Below, in pieces: positions 1-10,314 of a DNA stretch of 20,000 nucleotides. A program made the position numbers and the translations under genes. Source of the DNA: Gonapodya sp. JEL0774 (Eukaryota); NCBI GenBank assembly GCA_027604505.1, contig JADIIX010000126.1:45776-65775 (forward strand). Direction: 5' to 3'. Each line of letters opens with the position of its first letter. Position 1 is the first letter of the stretch. Under the pieces are notes generated by a model. That model saw only the letters and a list, made by a program, of their open reading frames with translations, ran no database searches and had not been told where the DNA came from.

Positions 1-3000
1 TGGTGCATATCCTGATCGCGTGAACGCCCAGTCGACTGTACGTTAGCTAAGCGAGCCGAATTTGGGCGAGACGTGGGTTGAGAAGGGCCCCGCGACGCCG
101 GTCTGTCACGTCTTTCAGGTTCAAACGCGGGCTTAGTGTGTACATGAGATATGTCGTTGTTGCTCGTAGTCCTCATATTCGAGAAGGATCTTCTCAAGCT
201 ATGATTCGATGACGCACGAGTGCCCGGCTTGGAGCCAATGGACGGAACACCAACAGTTTCATTTTTCGAGATCAGGGTAGGTTGACTCCTCTTTGCGGCA
301 CTCGCAATATTTGCAGAAGACTTATGAGAGTCATGGGTGGACGAATGTGACCCCAAAGCGGTACTTCCAAGGGAAGAGTGGGATCTTTTCAATAGTTTTA
401 CAGCGTTGCCATCGTCGTGGGCACTCCGGGCAATAGGCGACACACTTTCAATCACGGGTTGAGACCCATCAATGTGCTGATTGACGCCAGTTGCGTGAAC
501 AGACATTTCATCTGCAGCTTGCTGCTTCGAACCATGAAGTTGGCGCCTTGAGCCACTCAGTATTGGTATCGATCTTTTTATTTGGCTATTCACGGCTGGG
601 GCGTCATCTTGCAACGATTCGAGAACTTGATCTGAGCCTCTGGACTCGGAAGCTGTTTCGCCCTTATCTGTCTCTGCCGTGTGCTCCTTCATCAAGCTCC
701 CCTCTTGCTGCTTCGAGCCATTCAATTCCGGAGCGGACCGCCTCACCTCATCTTTTGATAGACGTGGGTGTGACAGAGACTCTTCAAGCTGGTTCTCTGA
801 GTTCGGCATCTGTTTTCAACATAAGGGTTAGTTCTAGTTGCTCCGCGAATCTGGAGCCTGGTTAGTCCTCACCTCTGCAAGCTGATGTCTAGAACTAGAA
901 ATTGGCTCATCCGATTTGATTGTGGTTGCGGGTTTTGAACTGTCGGCGAGATGCTGCTTTGATCCAACTAGTTTCTGCTCTGACTTCTTGGCGTCCGCCT
1001 GCTGTGCCAGTTGCTGTTTTGAACTAATGCGCTGCGAGTCGACTTCGTGTGTCCCATTATGCGCCTGTTCCACAAGTTGCTCTGTGGATCGTGTGTGTAA
1101 ATTTGACGACTTTTTGACCTGTGATTCCGTTGCCGAATGCTCTTCTGCAAGTTGCTGGTTTGAACTCTTTAGTTGCATATTTGATCCAACCAGACGGTTC
1201 GCAGATTTGCCCACTCTGGACGAAACCTGAGCCAGAATTTGCTGAGACGCACTTGCCGACTGTTCTGATTTCAGATTCTGGATAGTTTCCTTTTCCACGA
1301 GTAGCTGCTTAGAAGTGGTCAATTGTTGCCGAGAGCTCTGAGCCGCTGACTCCTGTCCGGTAGTCTGCGGGGTAGATGCAGTCATTTCAGAGTTCGTAAG
1401 AGGGAATCCTGCGACGACATCTTGGTCGGTCGACAATTGATGTCTTGATGTACGTGTTTCACTCGATACTTGATTTGAAAATTGGTGTGAGGACTTCTGG
1501 ACATCTGACTGGTTGATGGGGCTTCCGTCCGTGAGGTGCTGCTTGGACCCAGCAAGTTGCTGCACAGAACTCCTCTCCGCAGGCGCGGTGCTTGCGGTTC
1601 CGTTTGCGAGATTCGGTGTAGATTCAGTCATTTGGTATAGAGACTTTCTGGGCTCATCTGCCGACCCATGATCCGTTCGGTCCTGCTGGTCGGGTTTATT
1701 CAGCTGCTGCAAGGAATTTCGCACTTCGGGTGCCGGGGATCCCTCAGTAAGATTTTGCTTCGAGCCAGTGAGGTGTTGCACAGATTCGAGTGCTTGATCG
1801 GGCAAAGTTTCGGCGAGATGAGGCTTCGACTCGCTCAATTGCGGGCTTGACTTTTTAACCTTCGAGCCTTCCATAAGAAGTTTCGATCCTGTCAGCTGCT
1901 GTAACGAACGTTTAGCGATGAGTTCTGAAGCTGAAATTTCCTCGCCGGGTTGATGTTCTACTGCTGATTGTGTTGTGGGAATCTTGTGTAGTTGCGTGCT
2001 CGAGCTGGTCAACTGTTGCACGGACTTCTTGACATCGGCCCCCACGGAACTTTCTGCAGTAGACTGGTTCTTGAAGTCTGCCAGATCCTGCGCAGACTTC
2101 GCTTTGTCGGAGTTGCGGCCACTAGAGCCTTCATCGAGTTGATGCGTCGACTCTGCCGATTGCTTCGTAGTTTCCTGCCCATCCTCCGCAATTGAACCAC
2201 TTTTCGCGAGTTGCTGCTTCGGCTCCTCAAACTGTTGTCCTGAGTCTTCTTGGGAAGGAGCTCCCTCTGCCAATTCCTGCTCTTTCCAAGCATCCGATAT
2301 TGGGGACGAGGTTACTTCTACGAGCTGCTGTTTAGAACCCACAAGCTGATTAATGGACCTCTTCACATCCGAATGGGAAGTGGCTTCTTCGGAAAGTTGC
2401 TGCTTCGACCCCGCCGGCTCTCGCACCGGCTCTGTAAGATCTGGCACCGTAGCAGAGACATCGGAGGTTAGTTGTTGCTTGGAACCAGCCAGCTGTTGCA
2501 CCGATCTTTTGACCACCGAGGTTTGAGGGGAGGATTCTTCAGTCAGTTGCTGCTTAGACACCTTCAATTCTTGCACAGACTTCCTGACCGCGGATTCAGG
2601 GTTCGGGGCTCCTTCCGCGAGTTTCTGTGTGGATCTCGTAAGCTGTTGCACCGATTTCTTGACCAGTGAGTTGTTATGGTAGGATTCTTCAGTCAATTGC
2701 TGCTTAGACCCCGCCAAAACTTGCACAGACTTTTTGAGCTCGGAGTGCTCTTTCGAAGCTCCTTCCGAGATTTGCTGCATGGATCCTGACACCTGATGCA
2801 CAGAATTTTGAGCCTCGGAAGCGCGGCTTAAAGTTTCGTCCGCAAGTTGCTGCTTTGACGCAACGAATTGTTGCACGAACACTTGGCGGTCCGAGTCCAC
2901 GGTTTGCCCTTTGTCAGCGAGCTGCTGCTTAGACCCTCCCAGTTGTTGCGCGGACTTCTTTGCATCCAAATCCGTAGGAGGAGCTTCTCTTGTGAGATTT

Positions 3001-6000
3001 TGGTCGGACTTCCCCAATTGTTGCATCGACTTCCTAACCTCTGGGTCTGCAGTAGTAGCGCCCTGGGTGAGTTGCTGTCTAGATCCCACCAGTTGTTCCA
3101 CGGATTGTTTACTCTTCGCATCTACAGTTGGAGTTTCGTGGACGAGTTGCTGCCTTGAGCCAACTAGCTCCTGTATCGACTTTTTGACGTCTGAAATGGG
3201 AGCTGAGGCTGTTTCAGCAAGTTGTTGCTTAAAACCGGCCAATTGTTGCTTGGATTCGGTAAGTTGTTGCTTGGATCCGGCCAGTTGTTGTGCGGACTTC
3301 TCAAAATCAGAGTCTGTGATGTGAGATTCTTGAACAAGTTGCTGCTGAGATTCCCCGAGCGTGACCACCGTGTCAGCAAGAGGGGATTCTTGCGCGAGTT
3401 GCTGTTTTGATCCCGTCAGCTGTTGCACCGACTTTTTCGCTTCGGAATCAGCAGTTGAAGCACTCCCAGCAAGTTGCTGCTCAGACCCTGCCAATTGTCG
3501 CACTGACGTCTTGACCTCCGAATTAGCAACAGCAGTTTCTTCAGCGAGTTGCGGTTTAGACCCCGCAAGTTTCTGCACCGACTTCTTGACCTCCGAATCA
3601 GCAACAGCAGTTTCTTCAGCGAGTTGCGGCTTAGACCCCGCAAGTTTCTGCACCGACTTCTTGACGTCCGAATCAGCAACAACAGCTTCTTCAGCGAGTT
3701 GCTGTTTAGACCCCGCAAGTTTCTGCACCGACTTCTTGACCTCGAAATCAGAGATTGGGTCTCCTTCAGGGAATTGATGCTCCGAACTGGCCAGTTGTTG
3801 CACGGACCTCTTCCCCTCCGAAACGGGATTGGAGTCTTCGTAGACAAGTTGCTGCTTCGAGCCGATCAGCGCCTGGGCCGACTTTCTAACATCAGAATCC
3901 GCGACTGCGTGGCTCTCAATATTTTGCACTTTTGTCTCAGCCAGTTGATCACTCGACTTGTTGATCGCAGAATCAGCAGCGGATGTCCCCTCGGCAATTT
4001 GCCGCTTGGAGTCTGACAATTGCTGCACGGATTTCCTCACCTCCAACTCTGATGTCGGTGTTCCTTCGCTGAGTTCGTGTTTCGATGCAGCCAATTGCTG
4101 AATCGAACCCCTGAGCTCCGTATTGGCGGTCGTGGCTCCATTCACGAGTTCTTGCTTTGATCCCAACAATACCTGGGCAGACTTCTTGAGCTCACCATCG
4201 CGAGCTGTTGTTTCCTCAGAGAGTTGCTGTTTCGATCCCACAAGAAGGTCCTTCGACTTCCTGGCCTCCGAAAGCTGGTGCTTTGAACCCGTCAAATTCT
4301 GTACAGAATTCCTTGTCTTTACCGACTCTTGCTCTGCCAACTGTTGCTTGGAGCCATTCAACTGTTGAATGGACTTCTTGACTTGAGATTCCGCAATCGG
4401 GGCTCCGTCCGCGAGCTCGTGCTGTGACGCCACCAAACCCTGGGTGGATTTTATCGTTTCGGAAGCCATGTGGTTGACGAGTTGTTGTGTTGATGCCGCT
4501 AGTTTTGGCGTCGATTTCGCCACCTCAGTTGTATGTTGGCGGGGGGTAGGAGATTCGTGAGGGGCTGCACCCATTTGGTCTGGCCCGTCCATATGTGCGG
4601 GTGTGTCGTCGGAGGGTACATGCTCTTGAGACGGTGAGTCGTGAGAGAGCTCAGGCGGTTCATCGCTCGATGAGGGTGCTTCGTGGTTGGTGCGGGCAAC
4701 CGGCTGTTCGGACGAGGATTGAACCTTGAGTTATACAGAAAGTGAAGTGTAAAAGCAAGAGGCGTCAACACTTGTACTTGAAAAGAAACATTGTACATCG
4801 TCGGCGACATTTCACCTCGTCCTTCGATTCTGACCCTCCATTAAGCAAATCCTCTTTCACGCCGTGGCTTTCCTGTGTGAGCTCTGTGCCCTCTGCTGCC
4901 AATTGTGCGTTCTCATGGGCCGCATCGGCCTCTTCTCTCGCTGCTTCATTGTTCTCCTGAGCCACCGCGTTACTCTCTATCGCCTGTTCGTGGTGCTCTT
5001 GAGCCAGCTCAGCATTCTTTGGCGACGGTTCATCGTTCTCCTGCGCCACCTGGGCATCCGTTGGCACTGGTTCGTGCCCCCCCTGAGCCGCCTCGGTATC
5101 CTTAGGCGCCGGTTCGTGGTTCACCTGGGTCATATTGGCGGCGCCATCTGTCGGTTGTTCCTGCTTCTCTTGAGCCACCTCCATCCCTTCAATCGGAGAT
5201 TCGTGGTTCTCCTCTACCTGTTGTTCTTTCACCTCTGGGCCTTCCTGATTGGTTGGAGCTTCAACGCCCACATGCGCTTCTTCCTCTGGTTGGCCTTCTT
5301 CGGCGTCCACTGTTCTCTGGACATTCTCTTCTGCCTTCTGGTCAAGACTGTAGCCGGCGACAGCAACATCAGCACGATCCTCTAACCCAGGAGCGACTGT
5401 CAAGGGGCTTTGCACATCCTCCTCGTTCCCAACAGCAGTTGCATGGGGCTGCTCACCCGCCGCAGCCGGTTTATTTGATTCTTGCGATGATGATTGGTCA
5501 TCCGTGTGTGCAGATGGCTCAGCAGCAGACAAGGTGGGTTTCGATCCCGCCAAATTGTTCGTGGACCCGACGCCCACGAGATTCGCCTTTGAACCGGCGG
5601 GAGCGTTCGCGACAAGGTTGTCCCTTGACGAAGGTGTTGTCAACGGGGCCGTCGATCCGGCGAGGTGAGCTTTGGACCCGAGGAGTTGGGCCTTGGAATC
5701 GGCGAGCTTGGCCGTGGAGGGCCCGGCGAGCTGCGCCTTGGAATTGGCAAGGTGGGGTTCAGACCCAACGGCGAGTTGGGCTTTCGAATCAGCGAGTTTT
5801 GCCGTCGATGCCGCGAGCTGGGTCTTAGAGGTGGCGATGTTGGCTGTGGACCCGGCGAGCTGCGCCTTGGAACTCGCGAGGTTGGGTCGAGAACCGGCGA
5901 GTTGTGCCTTGGAATCTGCGAGCACGGCCTTTGATCCGGACCCGGCGAGGTGCGGCTTGGACTCGGAGAGGTGGTCCCGGGAGCCGATGTTGCGAGGGGT

Positions 6001-6904
6001 AGGGTTGGAAGAAGCTGGGGAGGTTTCAGCGGGGGTTGGAGTGGAGTCAGAGATCGTGGTCTCAGTAGAATGGTGCTCTGGAGGAACGAAGGAAGACGGA
6101 CCAGTGGAAACATGAGCGCAGCGAACGATCGAAGTAGCGAAAGGAGAGGCGAAAGGCAGATCACTGACCTGAAGATTCCGCAGACGCCTCCGGAGCTCCG
6201 GTAGGACGCTGTTCCTCTTTCACCGGTTCGTGACCGGTCGCACTCTCCTCTGCCGGCGCGGGGGATACGGTATCGTCTTCCTTGGCGTTGTCCGTGTGCT
6301 GGTCAGATGGCTGCTCCACACGAGCATCATCGGATCCAGCAGTGTGTTCTTGCGCCTCTGATTGAGAGGTATGTACAATGTGCTCGTGCTCGGTTGGAGT
6401 GGGGTAAGCAGGGTCTTTGGTGGGAGGGTCCATCTGGACAGGTTCTGGTGGTGCTGTAGACGTCGTCTCGGAGTGCCGCTTGCCCTCTTCCTCGCCCTCG
6501 CCCTCGCTCGCGACCTGAGATAATTCTGAGGCAGGTTCCTGTTCTGCCTGTGCTGTAAGTGGCTCCACGTGCTGGTGGTGTTCGGTCTCACTCGGCTGGG
6601 TTTCGGCCTCGTTCTGGTCCGGTTTCTCTGTCGCCATCTTCTCGTCACCATGGTGCTCCTCTTCATATTGTGTTTTTGGGTGCTCGCTCGTGGTCACCGC
6701 AGCGTCACCAGACTGCGACGCGGTCTGTCCCTGTCCCTCCTGTTGTTGTGCGACTTCACCATCCGGGTGCTTGTCCACGTGTTCGTGCTCTTGCTCATCA
6801 GCCGACCAGCTCTTCTTCTCGGCACTGTCAGTCGCATGACGATCTTCAAGTGAAGCTGCGGCGGGCTCAGAAGGTAGAGGTGGCAGGGTCTGTGGGTCTG
6901 ACAT
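1..6904 (-). CDS. Giant low-complexity repeat protein (>2,219 aa, 3'-truncated by the window edge); exons 6904-6169, 6077-4816, 4724-873, 809-<1
   Basis: ORFs 6161-6904, 4765-5925 and 834-4592 join in frame through GT-AG introns. Intron 6168-6078 is G|GTCAGT...TTCCTCCAG|AG, phase 1. Intron 4815-4725 is GAG|GTGAAA...CTCAAG|GTT, phase 0; a downstream in-frame CAG acceptor is also possible. Intron 872-810 is GAG|GTGAGG...ACTAAC...AAACAG|ATG, phase 0. The last exon (MPNSENQLEE...NGSKQQ...LSGSRRQLHGSKQQ...RPASRGPSQPTSRPNSAR...) stays open to base 1 and carries the same GSKQQ motif. No globular domain is recognisable within the window. Confidence 0.88.
880..4520 (-). repeat. Coding tandem array of about 45 degenerate ~25-aa (75-bp) units, consensus ~EVKKSVQQLAGSKQQLAEExxxxDS
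   Basis: Counted by eye in the 1252-aa ORF, e.g. KKSIQQLNGSKQQL, RKSAQALIGSKQQL, KKSVQKLAGSKPQL, KRSINQLVGSKQQL, KKSEQKLVGSKQHL. Each unit holds two S-x-x-x-L heptads plus a variable spacer. Confidence 0.92.
3510..3750 (-). repeat. Near-perfect 75-bp tandem repeat (~3.2 copies) inside the 25-aa array
   Basis: Copies start at 3541, 3616 and 3691 (tcagcgagttgc.g.ttagaccccgcaagtttctgcaccgacttcttgac...) with only a few substitutions; a partial copy lies at 3510-3540. Confidence 0.95.
4865..5230 (-). repeat. Coding array of ~8 acidic 14-aa (42-bp) units (xVAQENxEPxPxxx)
   Basis: EAAQGGHEPVPTDA / QVAQENDEPSPKNA / ELAQEHHEQAIESN / AVAQENNEAAREEA / DAAHENAQLAAEGT / ELTQESHG in exon 2. Confidence 0.8.
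5530..5990 (-). repeat. Coding array of 7-aa (21-bp) units, consensus LAxSKAQ
   Basis: LADSKAQ LAGSRPN LASSKAQ LAGSTAN IATSKTQ LAASTAK LADSKAQ ... LANSKAQ ... LADSKAQ LLGSKAH LAGSTAP. The DNA unit ggcgagctgcgccttggaa recurs on the + strand. Confidence 0.9.
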
Positions 6905-7764
6905 GGTGGTGGTCCGTTTGAGAAGTGGTCAACAGCGTTCCGAAAGAGATTTTCTACGAAATTGGGATCGGCGGGATATAGGAAGGCGGTTTGTTAAGGC
7001 CCAAGACCGGGATATTTAGAGAGGGCAGATGGTTCATGAATGCCAATCAAAGGGGTGCAGTTGTGGTCGGTCAGCTTGACAGGAAGACAATGTCCATCCC
7101 AGCAGATCCCCAATGAATCCAAGCTATCTAAGCATTGTAACTCGATTCGTCCTTCTTCAGCTTCTTTCAGAGGCCCCGCCGGCTACTGGATGCCCGAGAG
7201 CAAGACAACATCAACCGACTGGGCTCAGAGCTCACCAGGAAGATCCAGAAAGTGTCCTTCCGTTCGCTGGTAATGAGATTCAATTGATCAGTCGCTGTGT
7301 TGTAGAGTCTTTCTCGTCTGATGGAACTTCCAAGCCAGGTTGGTGCTTCGTATCATTCGGAAGGTGCAGAGGGTCAAAATACTTCGCAGCCAAACCTTCG
7401 CAGGATGAAGGGGGAACAGGCATCCAGTTTGTGCACGGTACACAAGTCGAAGCAACTTTGGATGGAGAAATGTTCGATAACCTTTTTTCAGAAGAAAATT
7501 TCGACAAACAGCACCAGACGCTTGTCCGCCCCCCCTCCGCCCCAGCTTCTGAGCGAGCCACAATCGAATATCTACCGTATGAAATAACGAATCAAAGTGA
7601 AAAAAGAACTCTCGGATTGAAATGGCGGTGGCAAAGTTGTTTTTCTACACGGGCCTAAGCGTGAGTCATTGTGGGGCTGTTGTTCCCTCTGCCTGAAAGC
7701 CTCAAGCTCATTTTGGACTGCGTTATTTCTTCAAACGAAACCCGAATAAACCGGAAAAAGCACC
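6905..7764. promoter_or_regulatory. Divergent intergenic region (860 bp) containing promoters/5' UTRs of the repeat-protein gene and the SOD-like gene
   Basis: Start codons at 6904 (-) and 7765 (+) point away from each other. No specific cis-element was identified. Confidence 0.4.
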
Positions 7765-9480
7765 ATGCCCGATTTCTCACGCCGATTTCTCACGCTCGCA
7801 TCCGCAATCGCCGCAGCTTTTCTGTCCTCCAGCCCGCCGTTGGTGGCGGCTCAGGTGCTCGTTCCAGACGCCAATTACGCATGGTACGTGGGTGGCGCTG
7901 TAATCGGGACGCCTGGGACGTTTGTGAGCCGGGATACATTAGATGTGATGAGGGCAAGAGTCTGCATGACTTTGTCAGTGTGCCGGAACTGTAACCGCCT
8001 CGTGCTCGTGTACCTTGGTTTAGGTACGTAGGTAAATCCGCACTCGGAGCCACCATCACAGCTGGTGCTGTCACGGCGGAATTTGTCTTTGGTGCGTTCT
8101 CCATAGACTCTCCCGTCACACTATGGTGAGTCGCCATTTCTTGAGTGGTTTCAACGACCGCCCCAATCTCGTCACGACTCATCTCATCAAAAATCCCACT
8201 TTTTCCTTCTTGTTGTACTCCAACAGGGCTGCGGTAGGCGGTTTGGCAGATGGAATGAGTGTGGGGTACGGAATTTACGAAGGTGACTCATGCACCACCC
8301 CCGGTGGATTTTTCGTGAGTAATGAATACAGAGACGACTAAACAGTCGTTGAGCGTGGCATGCTACAGAGTGTGTCTACAATGATGAGAGACGACGACGA
8401 TACTCTCTCGTATCAGTAATCGGATACCCAAATGCGCCTGACGTTGGTGTACCAACCCTCCCCGCCTCCCTCCTCCGCAATCCCAGACCGCCACCCCAGT
8501 GCCCAGCAACTCCACCGTAGCCCCCGGCGATCTCTCAAAAAAATACGGCGTTCTATCGACCAAAACCACTGCCCTCCCCGCCACCCAAGACCCCTCACTC
8601 TTCCCCCGACAACTCCAAGGCCGCCCCTTGGTCCTGTACGACTCCGCAACCTCGGAAGTCCTCGGATGCAGTCTCATCCGCGTCCCGGTCATGGCCACCA
8701 CCACTATTTATTCCAAAGCCGTTCCGGGCGCGGTCGTCAATTTCGTCTCCATCGACGGTGGCGCGCCAACGTGGATGTACGGGCAGTTTTTGGGCGTCGC
8801 AGCGACGGCAAAGATGACGTATGGCATTTACGAGGGGAATGTGGGTTCGGGATACACTGGGGCGGTAAGTTTTTTGTGTTTGAGTTGTTGTGGGTGTCTG
8901 ACTACTTTCGTGCATCTCATCTGGAACTCGCTTCATCATTTCAAGCAATGCACCTCTGTGACAAACTTCACCGACAATGGCGACTTGTCCAGTAAGTTCG
9001 GCACGCTCACCACAAAACTCAACGTGCAAGGTGAGTGTACTTCTTCCCACCGCTCCAAATACCGACCACGGATCGGAGCCGCCCCAACCAACCCGCCGCG
9101 TCGCGCCCCCTTTCCCAGACGTCAGCATCAACCTCACCTCCATCGTCGGCAAAACGTTCGCCATCTTCGACGGCACCACCCTCGCCGCATGTGGCTCCAT
9201 CGTGCTGGGCGCCACACCCATCGTGGACACCTCCACCGCACCGGCAGCGCCAGCCATACCACCGGCTGCAAATCCAACAACGGGTGCAAGTATCACAGCG
9301 AGCGCGACAAAGGCGGGGACGGTAGCGGGGACCGCGACGACGGGGGCGGCGCCGGCGGCGACCTCTGCCGGAGTTCAGGGGAAGCAGGGCGGGGGTGGGA
9401 GAGGCAGTGATCTGTGGAGGGGGATTGTGGGCGCAGTAGTGGGATTATCGTGTGCAATGGTGGTGACTGTTTTCTTATGA
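7765..9480 (+). CDS. Secreted, probably GPI-anchored protein with two tandem Cu/Zn-SOD-like (Cu-only SOD type) domains lacking metal ligands; 377 aa; exons 7765-7883, 8024-8125, 8227-8314, 8487-8864, 8946-9030, 9119-9480
   Basis: Five introns with strong donors (GTACGT, GTGAGT, GTGAGT, GTAAGT, GTGAGT) and AG acceptors join to 1134 nt in frame. N-terminal signal peptide: MPDFSRRFLTLASAIAAAFLSSSPPLVAA-Q. Domain 1: YGIYEGDSC...GGFF...PGDLSKKYG...LQGRPLVLYD...VLGCSLI. Domain 2: YGIYEG...QCTS...GDLSSKFG...SIVGKTFAIFD...LAACGSI. These follow the SOD motif order YHIH...C...GDLSGKHG...GRSVVIH...RLACA/GxI. An Ala/Thr/Pro stalk and a hydrophobic C-terminus (GIVGAVVGLSCAMVVTVFL) follow. N-glycosylation sequons NST, NFT, NLT. 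Confidence 0.85.
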
Positions 9481-10314
9481 TGGCGTGGTGTGATGCGGGA
9501 CTACGATGTACGGTGATGTCACTTATTAGAGTGATGAGGAGGACTTGGACTTGGCATGGCATGACAAGCTGGACTTGAGATGAGATTATATTTATTACCA
9601 TTAATCTTACTATGTAATATGGCCGCGCGGTCTAGATCCGTGATACACCCGACGGGTTTGGAACTTGGAATATCTTCAAGAGTCCGACCAGTCAATACCA
9701 CAGACTTCCCAGCTGAGCAAAAATCTTGAGAGCCACCTTTGCAAAATGAAGCCGACCCGATCCATGCAAAATCTATTCACCAGAAAGTACAAAGCCTCTC
9801 TCAACAAAGTATCAAAACTGTTGAGATGAGCAAACATGTCATACATGGCGCTGAACGGATGACCCGTTCGCATTGACAAATCGATGAAAAGTATCCTTTC
9901 CTCATCCACATAAGTGCGTAAAACAATGAAGAGAAGAAAGAGAAGAATAGAGGGGAATATGTAAAAGAGATCAAAGGGAAGGACCACCATGCAAAATTGT
10001 GAAAGAATGTACACCACCCTGGTCGCGACGTTGTTTCTCCCACACAAGATAACAAGCACACGACTTCCCCTCCGAGACAGAAGGGAGCCAAACTCCAAAG
10101 TGCAACGCCGCAACCAGAGTATAATTTAGTTGTTTCGAACCGTTTTCAAAATTGTTTTGGGTTGTTGTCGAAGGGACGGACAGAAGAGGCGGCAGACGAG
10201 GCGAAGCGCAAGAGCGACCAGATCGTCTCCCTTTACACAACGATCCACACAAAGGTCCAGTGTCAAGGAACAGGCGGTCCCGCCTCCACGCGCCTCCACC
10301 CCTTTCACGCGGCC

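Noticed and set aside
3510..3750. Regularly spaced repeats resembling a CRISPR array
   Set aside because: Whole 75-bp units are duplicated without unique spacers, they are in-frame coding, the context is eukaryotic, and there are no cas genes.
916..6921. Many Cys/Leu-rich + strand ORFs (ASCCLDP repeats) antisense to the giant gene
   Set aside because: They are the reverse-complement reading of the GSKQQLA repeat, not metallothionein-like or membrane proteins.
7113..7658. 181-aa ORF in the divergent intergenic region
   Set aside because: No recognisable motif or splice support, and it occupies the space needed for two promoters; left uncalled.
8595..9296. 233-aa minus-strand ORF antisense to the SOD-like gene
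   Set aside because: The + strand has consensus splice sites, a signal peptide and domain motifs; the antisense frame has none.
9676..10113. 145-aa hydrophobic ORF on the minus strand
   Set aside because: T-rich sequence downstream of the C2H2 stop codon, consistent with 3' UTR/terminator; the hydrophobicity follows from base composition.
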